From IMG/VR virus record IMGVR_UViG_3300021185_004515: a stretch of 23,697 bases of DNA. One strand, 5' to 3'. The position numbers were made by a program, and so were the translations under genes. Origin of the DNA: an uncultured virus (IMG/VR IMGVR_UViG_3300021185_004515). Lineage: Duplodnaviria; Heunggongvirae; Uroviricota; Caudoviricetes. Position 1 is the stretch's first letter. Each line of letters starts with the position of its first letter. The notes beneath the pieces are model-generated. The model saw nothing but the letters and a program-made list of their open reading frames with translations. It did not search any database and was not told the origin of the DNA. Positions 8,452 through 16,864 of this stretch are shown here, piece after piece.

Positions 8452-8784
8452 TTACATCACCGTTGTTATTCCCAATGCGGCTCCCAAAAATCCTGGCAAA
8501 AACATCATTACAATTTGCCACCAACGACTACGGAATCTTTCAATTTCTTCATCGGTGTTTTTGACATTTTGTTCTAAGAGGGCTAATCGTGTCAAGATGG
8601 GTGGCTGACCGTTACCATCAATAACAACTTTGGTAAGTCTTTTTAAGTCTGCCTTGTGTGACATTGATTCTGATGCCAAGCGGTCCAAATGAATTTCAGT
8701 GGAACGAGAGGTATCAACAAGTGCTTGTAAAAGTGTTTCCAAATGCTGGGCTACTTCTACCACGGCTCTTTCATCCTCGGACAA
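8452..8784 (-). CDS. Coiled-coil protein with C-terminal membrane anchor (XhlA/holin-like architecture)
   Basis: TTG start behind GGGGGATGA; GNGQPPILTRLALLE; hydrophobic tail WWQIVMMFLPGFLGAALGITTVM. Confidence 0.7.
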   Translation of the reverse strand: MSEDERAVVEVAQHLETLLQALVDTSRSTEIHLDRLASESMSHKADLKRLTKVVIDGNGQPPILTRLALLEQNVKNTDEEIERFRSRWWQIVMMFLPGFLGAALGITTVM

Positions 8785-8935
8785 TTTTCATCCCCCGAAT
8801 GATGTCCAAGATGCGTGTGGCTAACTGTCCGACACATTGGGTTGAGTGTCTGGTAGATTCTAACCGATTTTCAACATTTAGTAATGACATATTTGACTGT
8901 TCAATCAATGACTCAACATTATGAATCTCTGCCAT
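8771..8935 (-). CDS. 54-aa helical protein (MAEIHNVESLIEQSNMSLLNVENRLESTRHSTQCVGQLATRILDIIRGMKIVRG), not in ORF track
   Basis: ATG 29 nt after TTAAGTAGC; overlaps start of next gene. Confidence 0.7.
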   Translation of the reverse strand: MAEIHNVESLIEQSNMSLLNVENRLESTRHSTQCVGQLATRILDIIRGMKIVRG

Positions 8936-8955
8936 GTTGTTAATGTGGCGTTATT

Positions 8956-8964
8956 GCTACTTAA
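8956..8964 (-). promoter_or_regulatory. Variant box TTAAGTAGC
   Basis: 29 nt before ATG 8935. Confidence 0.65.
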
Positions 8965-8981
8965 ATTTGTCGTTTAACAAA

Positions 8982-11030
8982 TCAATTATTTGTGCTATCT
9001 GGGGAAACTGTTTTATTTGCGTTGGTTGTTTCAACTGCGCTATCTGCGACAAAATCAAGTTCACACATATCATTATCACAGAATCTCTCAATAGCAATTT
9101 CTTCGCCCTTAATTCTTCCAAAAGTGAGACGGCCTAAAGACGATTTCATTTCTTGGTATGTTTCTAAATCAATGGCTTCATAAGGCATTTGTGGGTAGGC
9201 TCCGTAATCCAAACGAGGAAGGAAAGAAATACCTTTTAGTTGATATTGGAAAATATCCAGTGCAGGGGCAATTTGTGAGCCTTCGGTTTCTGGGTCAAAG
9301 GTAACTGTGCAAGAAACTTGATTATCTGCCCAATATCTCTGGGCTAAAGCAGCAATTCCTAATTGTTCCCACATGGAAACTTTGTCTACGGTGCGGACAC
9401 CTTCGCCTACATCTACGGGAATTTCCACAACTAATGTGGTATCTTCGCTACCGAAAGCAGGTTCTATCTTGTATCCAGCCTTCAAAAGTGGTGCAACCAG
9501 ATTGGAATCTTTTCCGAGCCTCATGCGTCGGATATAATAGCGAGATTCTGGGAAGTGGATTCCAGGTGTGGCTCCTGCCAGAAGTGAAACCGTTCCAGAT
9601 GGTTTAATAGATGTGGTTTTGATAGAGCGTGGGATAGCCATCCAATCGGAGTATTCTTTGTCTAATTGTTGAATGTGTCCGTAGCCTACATCCATCCAAT
9701 CTCGGAGTTTGCCCAATCCTCGGTTTGCAATAAACTGAGCGATACCACTCATAGAACATCCAATTCTTCGGTTGCGAAGCATAACACGGTTGGTTTCAGG
9801 CCAATGAGTCTTGCCGAGTGTGACCGTTTTGGCATAAAGATACGCATACTTGAGAGTGGTCTGGTAATCTTCTATGGAGTCGTGATTGTTAGGGAATGTT
9901 TCTACCAGACAGCACAATTCATAACTTTCCAAGGTTTGTTCCAGACAAGGATTGCCTCCCATGGCTCGGTGGTCTTTGAAATTGGGTGCGTCAGCCATGC
10001 GTCCATAGTCTTTCATGTTTTCTAACCACGCATATCCTGGCTCTCCATTGATACGAACTCGTTCGGCTGAATCTTCGTAGTCCATGCCCAATCCTGCAAA
10101 AATGGAGTTGTTGGATGTCCACCCATATTCGGCTCGGTGTGGATTTACCTCGTAGTTTTTCAAATCAAGATATTCATCATTGTCAGGTTCGCCAAATACA
10201 ATTTCGGCAGTTCGGCGCACATTTCCTGCCACAACACACTTACCAATGAGGTTCATAATATCTACAATAGAGGTGATGGAAATTGGGGCTCCTGTTTCGG
10301 CTCCCAGAATTTCACGAACTTGATTGTGTAGTTCAATCAAGGGTTGTGGTCCAGATGATTCTCCTCCGAATCCTTTGATTGGAACTCCAAATGCACGAAT
10401 TTCTGAGTAATCAAATTCAATTGGGGCGGCTCCGTAAGCATACGAGTCCAACAACAAACGAAGTGATTCAACCCATCCTTCACGAGTGTCAGGGATGGTG
10501 TATTTCTCGGTGCGTCGGTTTTCCGATGGGCCTTTGAGAATCAAAGTTCCTGCTCCTTTGGTGTCAAATCCGACTCCAACACCCAACATAGAGGCATCCA
10601 TCAAGAAACAAAACGGCTTGGAAAATTCAGAAGACATAGATTGTGTTGAAACGAAAGCACAGTTGTTGAGTGCAGCAAACAAACCTCTTTCTTCGGTGAT
10701 TGCAGTTCCCATAGCCCACAGCCCACGACCTGGTGGTAGAAACTTCATGTTGAAAATACGGTCATACATTTCTTGGGCGGAGTGTTGTGCTTTCCAAGCG
10801 TTCCATCCCAGTCCATTTGACTCAATGTGACGCTTCTGCATATTGAAAGTTCCTTCTACAACACGCTGAACGGTTTCAAACCATTGTTCATTTTTACCAT
10901 CAGCCTTCAAACGAGAATAGGTTCGGTTATAGACTAACTCGCCCAAACCGTTGAATCCAAACGGTGCTTTCTTGCGTCGGTATTTATTCATGAAGTTATC
11001 GCTGAGTTGGAACTTATTTTCGTTTGGCAT
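8982..11030 (-). CDS. nrdJ: Adenosylcobalamin-dependent (class II, monomeric RTPR-type) ribonucleotide reductase
   Basis: FLPPGRGLW, NNCAF, GNVRRTA, NPCLEQ (thiyl Cys), IKPSGTVS, C-terminal CDNDMC; start ATG 11030 behind GGTGA SD. Confidence 0.95.
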   Translation of the reverse strand: MPNENKFQLSDNFMNKYRRKKAPFGFNGLGELVYNRTYSRLKADGKNEQWFETVQRVVEGTFNMQKRHIESNGLGWNAWKAQHSAQEMYDRIFNMKFLPPGRGLWAMGTAITEERGLFAALNNCAFVSTQSMSSEFSKPFCFLMDASMLGVGVGFDTKGAGTLILKGPSENRRTEKYTIPDTREGWVESLRLLLDSYAYGAAPIEFDYSEIRAFGVPIKGFGGESSGPQPLIELHNQVREILGAETGAPISITSIVDIMNLIGKCVVAGNVRRTAEIVFGEPDNDEYLDLKNYEVNPHRAEYGWTSNNSIFAGLGMDYEDSAERVRINGEPGYAWLENMKDYGRMADAPNFKDHRAMGGNPCLEQTLESYELCCLVETFPNNHDSIEDYQTTLKYAYLYAKTVTLGKTHWPETNRVMLRNRRIGCSMSGIAQFIANRGLGKLRDWMDVGYGHIQQLDKEYSDWMAIPRSIKTTSIKPSGTVSLLAGATPGIHFPESRYYIRRMRLGKDSNLVAPLLKAGYKIEPAFGSEDTTLVVEIPVDVGEGVRTVDKVSMWEQLGIAALAQRYWADNQVSCTVTFDPETEGSQIAPALDIFQYQLKGISFLPRLDYGAYPQMPYEAIDLETYQEMKSSLGRLTFGRIKGEEIAIERFCDNDMCELDFVADSAVETTNANKTVSPDSTNN

Positions 11031-11068
11031 CTTTGTCACCTTTTGGGAATATTGCTTGGTTGGGTTCT

Positions 11069-11077
11069 CATATATAA
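11069..11077 (-). promoter_or_regulatory. TATA-like box TTATATATG for leadered nrdJ transcript
   Basis: 47 nt before ATG; SD in the leader. Confidence 0.5.
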
Positions 11078-11131
11078 GATTGTCGCCACGACCTTGCGTT
11101 GTTTCGTGCAAGGTGGTGTAGTTGCGCTATT

Positions 11132-11353
11132 TCAGTTAATTCTTTTGAACACCGTTGGTCCTTGTGAACCATTGGGTCGCACGACGATAAAGTCCGAATC
11201 GTTCTTCATCTTGGCGGCCAAACTTCGGTTGGTAGGAATTTCTTTTCTGCCCAGCGTAACCATTCGGTCAATAACTGTTTTTGCAGTTAATTCTTCGTCT
11301 AATTGAACTAAGGATTTAGCGGCTTGATAACTGGTGGGTTTGCTTCTTCTCAT
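11132..11353 (-). CDS. Small basic protein, probable winged-helix DNA-binding fold (73 aa)
   Basis: LTAKTVIDRM...PTNRSLAAKMK...FIVVR..PTVFKR pattern; 4 nt downstream of PCNA. Confidence 0.65.
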   Translation of the reverse strand: MRRSKPTSYQAAKSLVQLDEELTAKTVIDRMVTLGRKEIPTNRSLAAKMKNDSDFIVVRPNGSQGPTVFKRIN

Positions 11354-11357
11354 AATA

Positions 11358-12077
11358 TCACAACCTCGGGGCTACCAATCCCGTATATTCTACTCCTTCA
11401 TAGGGAGTCCATGTGAATTCCACAGGGCATGAGTCAGAACCGCCTCGGATAGACACAGATTCTTTGGTGCTGGCAGAAATCATAGCGGCTACTTCGGAGG
11501 CAGTAAATAATTGTCGGCTACTGAAATCTTCTTCGCATTCTAATTCTACGGCAGGAGCCCAAGTAATCAATTCTTCGGCATCCAATGTTTCCCAAATAAG
11601 GCTATTATCCCGTATATTGATAGAATAAATTGGGGTTTTATCCAGAGTTTTCAAGTAATCTCTAATGTCTTTGGCCGAAGAAACGGTGGTGTTGTATTCA
11701 TAGTCAAAGTCAGGGATGGCTTGCAAATCATAGACTAATTCTATTCTTTTAAGCCTGATAACTCGCTCCATAGAATTTGCTAACAAAGCGAATTTGTTAT
11801 CGGCATATCGGAGTTTAAGTTCGTCAGCAGTAACTAATCCTGTGGTGATGCTCTTGAGTTTGCTCAAATCTACTGCCAAACGGTGTCGTTCATCGCAAGT
11901 GTAGGATTCAAAGGCGGCGGGTTCTACCCGAAGTCGCATCATTTTAGCACGAATTGAGTCCACTACATGAACGGTCAATCCTGTTTCAGAAAAGTCCAAA
12001 ATACAATCTTCTGCAATAGATTGTAGACCTTTTAGAATATTTTTCATCCTCGGAACTGCTATGCTCGCCTCTAACAT
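11358..12077 (-). CDS. pcn: Divergent PCNA-family DNA sliding clamp (~239 aa)
   Basis: MLEASI...ILKGLQSIAEDCILDFSETGLTVHVVDS..MMRLRV..AFESYTCD and terminal LVAPRL match the PCNA pattern; ATG 12077 is 30 nt from box. Confidence 0.85.
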   Translation of the reverse strand: MLEASIAVPRMKNILKGLQSIAEDCILDFSETGLTVHVVDSIRAKMMRLRVEPAAFESYTCDERHRLAVDLSKLKSITTGLVTADELKLRYADNKFALLANSMERVIRLKRIELVYDLQAIPDFDYEYNTTVSSAKDIRDYLKTLDKTPIYSINIRDNSLIWETLDAEELITWAPAVELECEEDFSSRQLFTASEVAAMISASTKESVSIRGGSDSCPVEFTWTPYEGVEYTGLVAPRL

Positions 12078-12098
12078 GAGTTTATAGTTGTGTTGTGA

Positions 12099-12107
12099 CC
12101 TATTTAA
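12099..12107 (-). promoter_or_regulatory. TATA-like box TTAAATAGG containing upstream stop codon
   Basis: 30 nt before ATG 12077. Confidence 0.8.
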
Positions 12108-12732
12108 CATGGTTCGCCATACGGTTAATCATCGGGGGTTCGTAAAGACGATTTTTTTGCTGAACCTTGGAACACCAATTAAGAGGCTGATAACCTCGGA
12201 TAGATTTAATGATGTATAGTCCTGATAAAATGGCTTGGAAGGTATATCCTCTCATGGCCTCTGCTTGAGCACGAAACATAGATTTTGTGATTCGCAACAA
12301 TTCACTGTGTTTTTGAGGGTGGAACATTGCTGAGTTTCCGTGTTGTCCTGTATTTTGAGGCATCTTTACTCTTTGAAGATTGGCAAATTTTCTCTCGGCT
12401 GAATCTGACAATCGGCATATCGGTGTGAATACTGATTTGAAATCAGGAAGGGTGCGGTGGATGCTCACATATTGGTGGTCATTTTCCCTGCCTCGTTGAA
12501 CGCTCTTGCTCTCGGCTCGTTGATATTCCTTATACGCTTTCTTGAGCGATTTGATAATTTTTATTCCCTCTTGAGTTGGTTTAGAAATCCAAGTGGTGAG
12601 TCGGTAGTAGCCTTGTGAGTCCCAATCATAGTCTGTGAGGTAAATCAGGTCTTTCATGGTTCCAAATTGAACTGCTGAGTAAGGGATTCCGTGGTGCGGA
12701 GTCCCGAAAAACATAGTTCCGTCAGTAGCCAT
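12100..12732 (-). CDS. Basic hypothetical protein (~210 aa)
   Basis: Long ORF between PCNA and ERCC4 genes with own promoter box. Confidence 0.75.
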   Translation of the reverse strand: MATDGTMFFGTPHHGIPYSAVQFGTMKDLIYLTDYDWDSQGYYRLTTWISKPTQEGIKIIKSLKKAYKEYQRAESKSVQRGRENDHQYVSIHRTLPDFKSVFTPICRLSDSAERKFANLQRVKMPQNTGQHGNSAMFHPQKHSELLRITKSMFRAQAEAMRGYTFQAILSGLYIIKSIRGYQPLNWCSKVQQKNRLYEPPMINRMANHVK

Positions 12733-12755
12733 CAACAACTATTATCTTGGCCCCA

Positions 12756-12764
12756 CCTATTTAA
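12756..12764 (-). promoter_or_regulatory. TATA-like box TTAAATAGG (extended AGTTAAATAGGTGG)
   Basis: 32 nt before ATG 12732, 29 nt before TTG 12735. Confidence 0.75.
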
Positions 12765-13442
12765 CTATTGTGATTTTGACCTGTCTACAATAACACGGGA
12801 TTCGGTGACTCCCCATTTTGTGCGAATGAAAGAATCTACGGCATTCCAAGTGGCTCCTTTGGCTACTCCTCTTGTTTCGGCCTCATCCCAATTATTGACA
12901 AAATCTTTGAGGTCAGCATAGCCTGTGTGAATCTTTTTGGCTGTGGCTCTTCCGACTCGTGGGATTTGTTCCAACATAGCGTGATGTTTATTTCGGGTGC
13001 TGGTAACGACGGTAACGGGGCGAACGAGTTGATTAACTGAGCCATCCTTAACACGAAGGGATAGTGAACGCACATATCGTATGGTTTCATCCAATGAGTC
13101 AGTATAAATTACTGGGCAGACTTCTACACACATTCGGTTGAAGAAAGTTTGCAATCCTTTGATACTGTCCATGTCTGCGTAGACTTCACTCCATGAGCCT
13201 TCTACTAACAGAATATATTTATCACAATTTTCTACCATGCGGGAAATTTGTTCTTGGATTCTTTTACTGCTCCATGAAGAGTAAGCGTCACCCCATGTTT
13301 TTCTTTCAATAACCCATCGCTTTCCATCATCGTTTTCAATTACGATGTCGCCTTCGGGAAGATTAACTATGTCTGCATTAAGCATCATTTTAAATTTGTC
13401 TTTGGTGGATGCTGCTTCCTTAGAGTCAATCAAAATCTTCAT
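12765..13442 (-). CDS. ERCC4-domain (XPF/Mus81/Hef family) structure-specific nuclease with HhH
   Basis: ILIDSKE, GDIVI, VIERKT.GD..SS...RIQEQ, LLVEG, LEQIPRVGRATAKKI. Confidence 0.92.
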   Translation of the reverse strand: MKILIDSKEAASTKDKFKMMLNADIVNLPEGDIVIENDDGKRWVIERKTWGDAYSSWSSKRIQEQISRMVENCDKYILLVEGSWSEVYADMDSIKGLQTFFNRMCVEVCPVIYTDSLDETIRYVRSLSLRVKDGSVNQLVRPVTVVTSTRNKHHAMLEQIPRVGRATAKKIHTGYADLKDFVNNWDEAETRGVAKGATWNAVDSFIRTKWGVTESRVIVDRSKSQ

Positions 13443-13462
13443 GGTGTTGCATTGAGCAACCT

Positions 13463-13471
13463 CCTATTTAA
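13463..13471 (-). promoter_or_regulatory. TATA-like box TTAAATAGG containing upstream stop codon
   Basis: 29 nt before ATG 13442. Confidence 0.8.
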
Positions 13472-13602
13472 GATTGAGTTTTTATGGAAGAAACACTGAC
13501 TGACCAGCCACAACCACAATGGTAGTATCCATCTTGAAGAATGGCGGTTTTGTGGTTTTTGAATCTTGTTCCACAGGCTTCGCACTTAATTTTCGGTTCC
13601 AT
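13468..13602 (-). CDS. 44-aa zinc-ribbon microprotein (MEPKIKCEACGTRFKNHKTAILQDGYYHCGCGWSVSVSSIKTQS), not in ORF track
   Basis: CEACG...CGCG; GAGTGA SD; stop falls in the next promoter box. Confidence 0.7.
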   Translation of the reverse strand: MEPKIKCEACGTRFKNHKTAILQDGYYHCGCGWSVSVSSIKTQS

Positions 13603-13840
13603 GGTATTCACTCTCAATTCCTGATGCACAATCATCAAGGTATTTTTGGTATTCTTCTGTGGTTTGGGAGTCAGAATTTCCGTTGGTTAAAATAACTTCT
13701 AACTGGCTTCTCCAAAGACAACTCAGGGTGAAAAACTGTTGAAGAAAGGCGTTTAGTCCTTTATCTTCAAACTCACCTCCTGTTTGAGTTTGAGCAATCC
13801 AGCGACGAAGAGCCTTTTCAGAGATTGAAATTTCTTTCAT
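13586..13840 (-). CDS. Hypothetical protein (84 aa)
   Basis: ATG 29 nt after box. Confidence 0.75.
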   Translation of the reverse strand: MKEISISEKALRRWIAQTQTGGEFEDKGLNAFLQQFFTLSCLWRSQLEVILTNGNSDSQTTEEYQKYLDDCASGIESEYHGTEN

Positions 13841-13860
13841 AATAAATCACTATATCTTTA

Positions 13861-13869
13861 CCTATTTAA
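13861..13869 (-). promoter_or_regulatory. TATA-like box TTAAATAGG
   Basis: 29 nt before ATG 13840. Confidence 0.8.
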
Positions 13870-13871
13870 TA

Positions 13872-14927
13872 CTACGCCCACTGGAACGGGAGAGTTATCA
13901 AACGAATGTTCAATGCTACCAAATCAGAATATGGTGTGGTGGTAAAATACTGGGCTATATCTGGGAGTGCCTCTATCAAAGGTTGGTAATCAGAATGATG
14001 TAGCAAACGAGTGCCTCCTCTTTCTAAATCTCTCCAATATGTTCCGTGGTTTTCAATACATGACTTTTGTGTGAGTTTATTGTTGGAACGATATTCTTTT
14101 AGAGCGAGAGAAATAGATTCCATACTTTCGGTGTCGGTGGGTTGATACCAATTAAGAAGTAGTGAGTCATTTGTTAAATTATCTCCGTGTGCTTGAATAA
14201 GTTGGGCGGCGGATTTGGGTCCAATCTTGGGAATTCCTGTGATGCTATCGCTGGTATCACCTGTAATGGACTTGAGTAATGGATAGTGTTTGAGTTCAAT
14301 TCCTAAATCCTCAGTAATTTCTGTGCGGGATATTTCTCTAACAAAGTTATGAATTCTGATTCTGTCGTCCCAGTCAAACAGTTGCCACAAATCGGTATCT
14401 CCTGAGAATACCCAAATGTCATCATCGGCTCCAATAGATGGGTCAGCAATAAGTTCCTGAACTTGATAAGCAATCATGTCGTCGGCTTCCATGATAGACT
14501 CGTAATGGGAAATCCAATTTTTACGCAAGTTATCGGTATCAAAATTAAGAGAAACAAGATAATCTCGGAAATCGTTAATGGTGTGGGTGGAAGCATCGTA
14601 TGTTTCAGCCTCGTATCCCATGCGAATTGCTCGCTCGGATTTATAGGTTTTGAGTAGCGTTCCCCGAAGATTTCGGCCTTCTACTCCATCCCAACAAAAA
14701 TGTATGGGTCTGGTGGCAGATACAAAATACTTGACTTCTCTCATACGGAATTCCAGATATTTCATGTCATTGATAATGCACTTTCTTTGTAAATTAAAGA
14801 ATTGCACACGAGAGCGTCTTCCTGCGGCTAACTGTCTTTTCATCCGAGTGAGTTGGCCTTTGGGTCCCCAATGTCGGCCTCGTCTACCGATAAAAAATCC
14901 TGCATCAACTACGGCAACTGAAGCCAT
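13872..14927 (-). CDS. 5'-3' exonuclease / flap endonuclease (Pol I 5'-nuclease, T4 RNase H, T5 exo family)
   Basis: VVDAG, CWDG..GR..R..L..TYK.ER, EADDMI, SGDTDLWQL, GDTSDSITGIPKIGPKSA (H3TH); start ATG 14927 behind GGGGG. Confidence 0.9.
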   Translation of the reverse strand: MASVAVVDAGFFIGRRGRHWGPKGQLTRMKRQLAAGRRSRVQFFNLQRKCIINDMKYLEFRMREVKYFVSATRPIHFCWDGVEGRNLRGTLLKTYKSERAIRMGYEAETYDASTHTINDFRDYLVSLNFDTDNLRKNWISHYESIMEADDMIAYQVQELIADPSIGADDDIWVFSGDTDLWQLFDWDDRIRIHNFVREISRTEITEDLGIELKHYPLLKSITGDTSDSITGIPKIGPKSAAQLIQAHGDNLTNDSLLLNWYQPTDTESMESISLALKEYRSNNKLTQKSCIENHGTYWRDLERGGTRLLHHSDYQPLIEALPDIAQYFTTTPYSDLVALNIRLITLPFQWA

Positions 14928-14929
14928 GA

Positions 14930-15709
14930 TTATGCCCCCGTAAATAAATGGTGTGGGAATGAATCTCGTAAGGGTTGCAAGTCTAAAGCCGTTGCACCTT
15001 GAGTCCAATACTTGGGTGAGTCAAAAGGTGTATTGGCAGCATCTTTGATGTCGGCTCCATACTGGAAATCGCGGGAAATGGATTCAAAATAATCTCTAAA
15101 TTTGAGGTCGGGTAGGTGAGCATATAATTCTTCTCGGAGCCAAAGATTGGGGCGGTGATAAGCATCGGCAATTATCAATCCATGAAGTGAAGAGGAAATG
15201 ATTCGGTCACAAGCCACAATTTGGTCTACTACGGATTCCCACGAATCGGTGGGGTTGATAAGGTGAATGTCGTGAAATATCTCTAATTCATCCTGCTGGT
15301 CAGAATAAATGTCCCACCAAGACCAATGCGGAACAAAACCAGTTTTTCCTGCGAGTTCAGGAAGTGGTTTGGGTTGATAAAAATCTGGCAACAACAAGGC
15401 AGGGTCGCCCCACGGAATAGTTTCCTTCATCGGGACTATGCCTCGGTAAAATCCTTCGGTGCGTGGACCTCTAACGGCATGAATGTGTAAATTATCAGTT
15501 CGCAACTGATATATCATGATACCGCTTCCCCAAACATGGCTTCCAGGTGCTAAATTCTGAGAAATAGAGCCGATAACTGAGAAAACAGGTTGGCTCATAT
15601 CATTAGATTTTTCCACGGGTCGTCCGAGCATGGCCTGAGCAATCACAGGGCCTAACTCATCACCAAAGTTTCCTGAACCGTGGTCGTGTCGGTAATATCC
15701 TACCTTCAT
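14930..15709 (-). CDS. Polysaccharide pyruvyltransferase family protein (ExoV-like)
   Basis: GNFGDELGP, VWGSG, AVRGPRT, GDPALLLP, VPHW, ISSSLHGLIIADAY. Confidence 0.88.
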   Translation of the reverse strand: MKVGYYRHDHGSGNFGDELGPVIAQAMLGRPVEKSNDMSQPVFSVIGSISQNLAPGSHVWGSGIMIYQLRTDNLHIHAVRGPRTEGFYRGIVPMKETIPWGDPALLLPDFYQPKPLPELAGKTGFVPHWSWWDIYSDQQDELEIFHDIHLINPTDSWESVVDQIVACDRIISSSLHGLIIADAYHRPNLWLREELYAHLPDLKFRDYFESISRDFQYGADIKDAANTPFDSPKYWTQGATALDLQPLRDSFPHHLFTGA

Positions 15710-15728
15710 AGGTTATCCTGAGTAGCCA

Positions 15729-15737
15729 CCTATTTAA
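15729..15737 (-). promoter_or_regulatory. TATA-like box TTAAATAGG (extended AGTTAAATAGGTGGC)
   Basis: 28 nt before ATG 15709. Confidence 0.8.
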
Positions 15738-15749
15738 CTCTTCTCGGAA

Positions 15750-15893
15750 TCACAACGGTTCTTGATGTCCACACTTGAGGCACAGGATGTGTTCGGTTTC
15801 TTTCAAATCATACCAATCGGCTAATTTACATTCGGGACAATATCTTCGGCAATCGTATTTGATGCCATACAGAGAGTCAGAAATAGGAGTCAT
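15750..15893 (-). CDS. 47-aa zinc-ribbon microprotein (MTPISDSLYGIKYDCRRYCPECKLADWYDLKETEHILCLKCGHQEPL), not in ORF track
   Basis: CPEC...CLKCG; GTGAGG SD; fills the gap. Confidence 0.75.
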   Translation of the reverse strand: MTPISDSLYGIKYDCRRYCPECKLADWYDLKETEHILCLKCGHQEPL

Positions 15894-15902
15894 GTTTTTT
15901 CC

Positions 15903-16370
15903 TCACTTTTTAGTTTTCTTTCGCTTGGTAGTTTTTTTCTTAGCGGGTTTCTTCTTAGTGGTTTTCTTCTTGGTAGACTTGCGTTTCTTAGCAGGTTTCT
16001 TAGGAACTTCTAAGGCTAACGGAGATTTGGGATTAGCGAAATCCTTTTGCAGACAATCGTGGGAACAATAATTTTGGGTGGTGATGGTGCGATGCCACCT
16101 TTCTCTCTGAGTTTTACACCAGCCTACGGTTGCCGTATATCCTGCCATAAATTTGGAGGAACAGACGCTGCATTCGCATCCGTCTTCATCAGTGACTCCT
16201 TCGCCTGTGATGCCTTCCATTACTTCTTGAACGCACTTGTGGGAGCAATAAGTATCAGTATTTAGGTGTTCAACCCACCTTCCATTGGCTTGAAAAAGAG
16301 TATCTGTCATGATGTAAATCGGTTTGCTGGTCTTTATTTCTTGGTCACACATAGCGCATTCAAAACTCAT
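15903..16370 (-). CDS. Protein with two TRASH/MYM-like zinc-binding modules and a Lys-rich C-terminal tail
   Basis: CAMC...YCSHKC, CSVC...YCSHDC; KKPAKK tail; ATG 16370 with GAGGTGG SD and ATGA overlap. Confidence 0.8.
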   Translation of the reverse strand: MSFECAMCDQEIKTSKPIYIMTDTLFQANGRWVEHLNTDTYCSHKCVQEVMEGITGEGVTDEDGCECSVCSSKFMAGYTATVGWCKTQRERWHRTITTQNYCSHDCLQKDFANPKSPLALEVPKKPAKKRKSTKKKTTKKKPAKKKTTKRKKTKK

Positions 16371-16864
16371 TTTTTCCACCTCAGTAATTCTTGTCCTGGT
16401 CTTAGGTCAGAAGTCCACCTATATAGAGATGGTGTTGAGGTTTTGTCTATTGAGATGGCTCCACGGGCTACCCAACGCCTCAATGCTACTGATATGCCCT
16501 TGGCTCCTTTGACTCTAAATGGTTGCTTATCACAGGCTTCATAAATATCCTGTGCCGTTAAGCCATCAGGATGCTCATAAAGAGTGGTGAAAATAAATGA
16601 GTATTTCTTTCCTTTGTGGCAAGACATGGTTTCGTTAAGACATTTGACTCCGCAAAATCTTTGGTTAGCGTGGCAATAGGGTGCTTTGAGTTCAAAGGTG
16701 TTGTCGCAAGAATAACACTTGATAGGAATTTTCCGTCGGTAATCATAAGGTAGTTTCCTTTTCTGCGTTTCAGCACAGAAGCGAGAACAAACATGGTGGT
16801 AAATCTTATTCCGAGAATAAGTCCATTTAGTTTCTATTTTATTTCCACAAAAACATACAGACAT
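16367..16864 (-). CDS. Zinc-finger plus C-terminal winged-helix protein, putative transcription regulator
   Basis: CFCG...VCSRFC, CYSC...FCGVKC; LTAQDIYE...ISVALRRWVARGAI...LYRW. Confidence 0.75.
   Translation of the reverse strand: MSVCFCGNKIETKWTYSRNKIYHHVCSRFCAETQKRKLPYDYRRKIPIKCYSCDNTFELKAPYCHANQRFCGVKCLNETMSCHKGKKYSFIFTTLYEHPDGLTAQDIYEACDKQPFRVKGAKGISVALRRWVARGAISIDKTSTPSLYRWTSDLRPGQELLRWKK

Noticed and set aside
11031..11131. Cobalamin riboswitch upstream of nrdJ, or longer N-terminus from 11111
   Set aside because: Only ~100 nt with no recognisable B12-box; SD supports ATG 11030
14595..14620. YEAETYDA in the exonuclease as another processing motif
   Set aside because: Lies within the nuclease arch region; cleavage there is implausible, likely chance
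16390..16600. Z-alpha (Z-DNA binding) domain suggested by TPSLYRW
   Set aside because: The key Asn/Tyr of the recognition helix are absent (ISVALRRW); treated as generic winged helix
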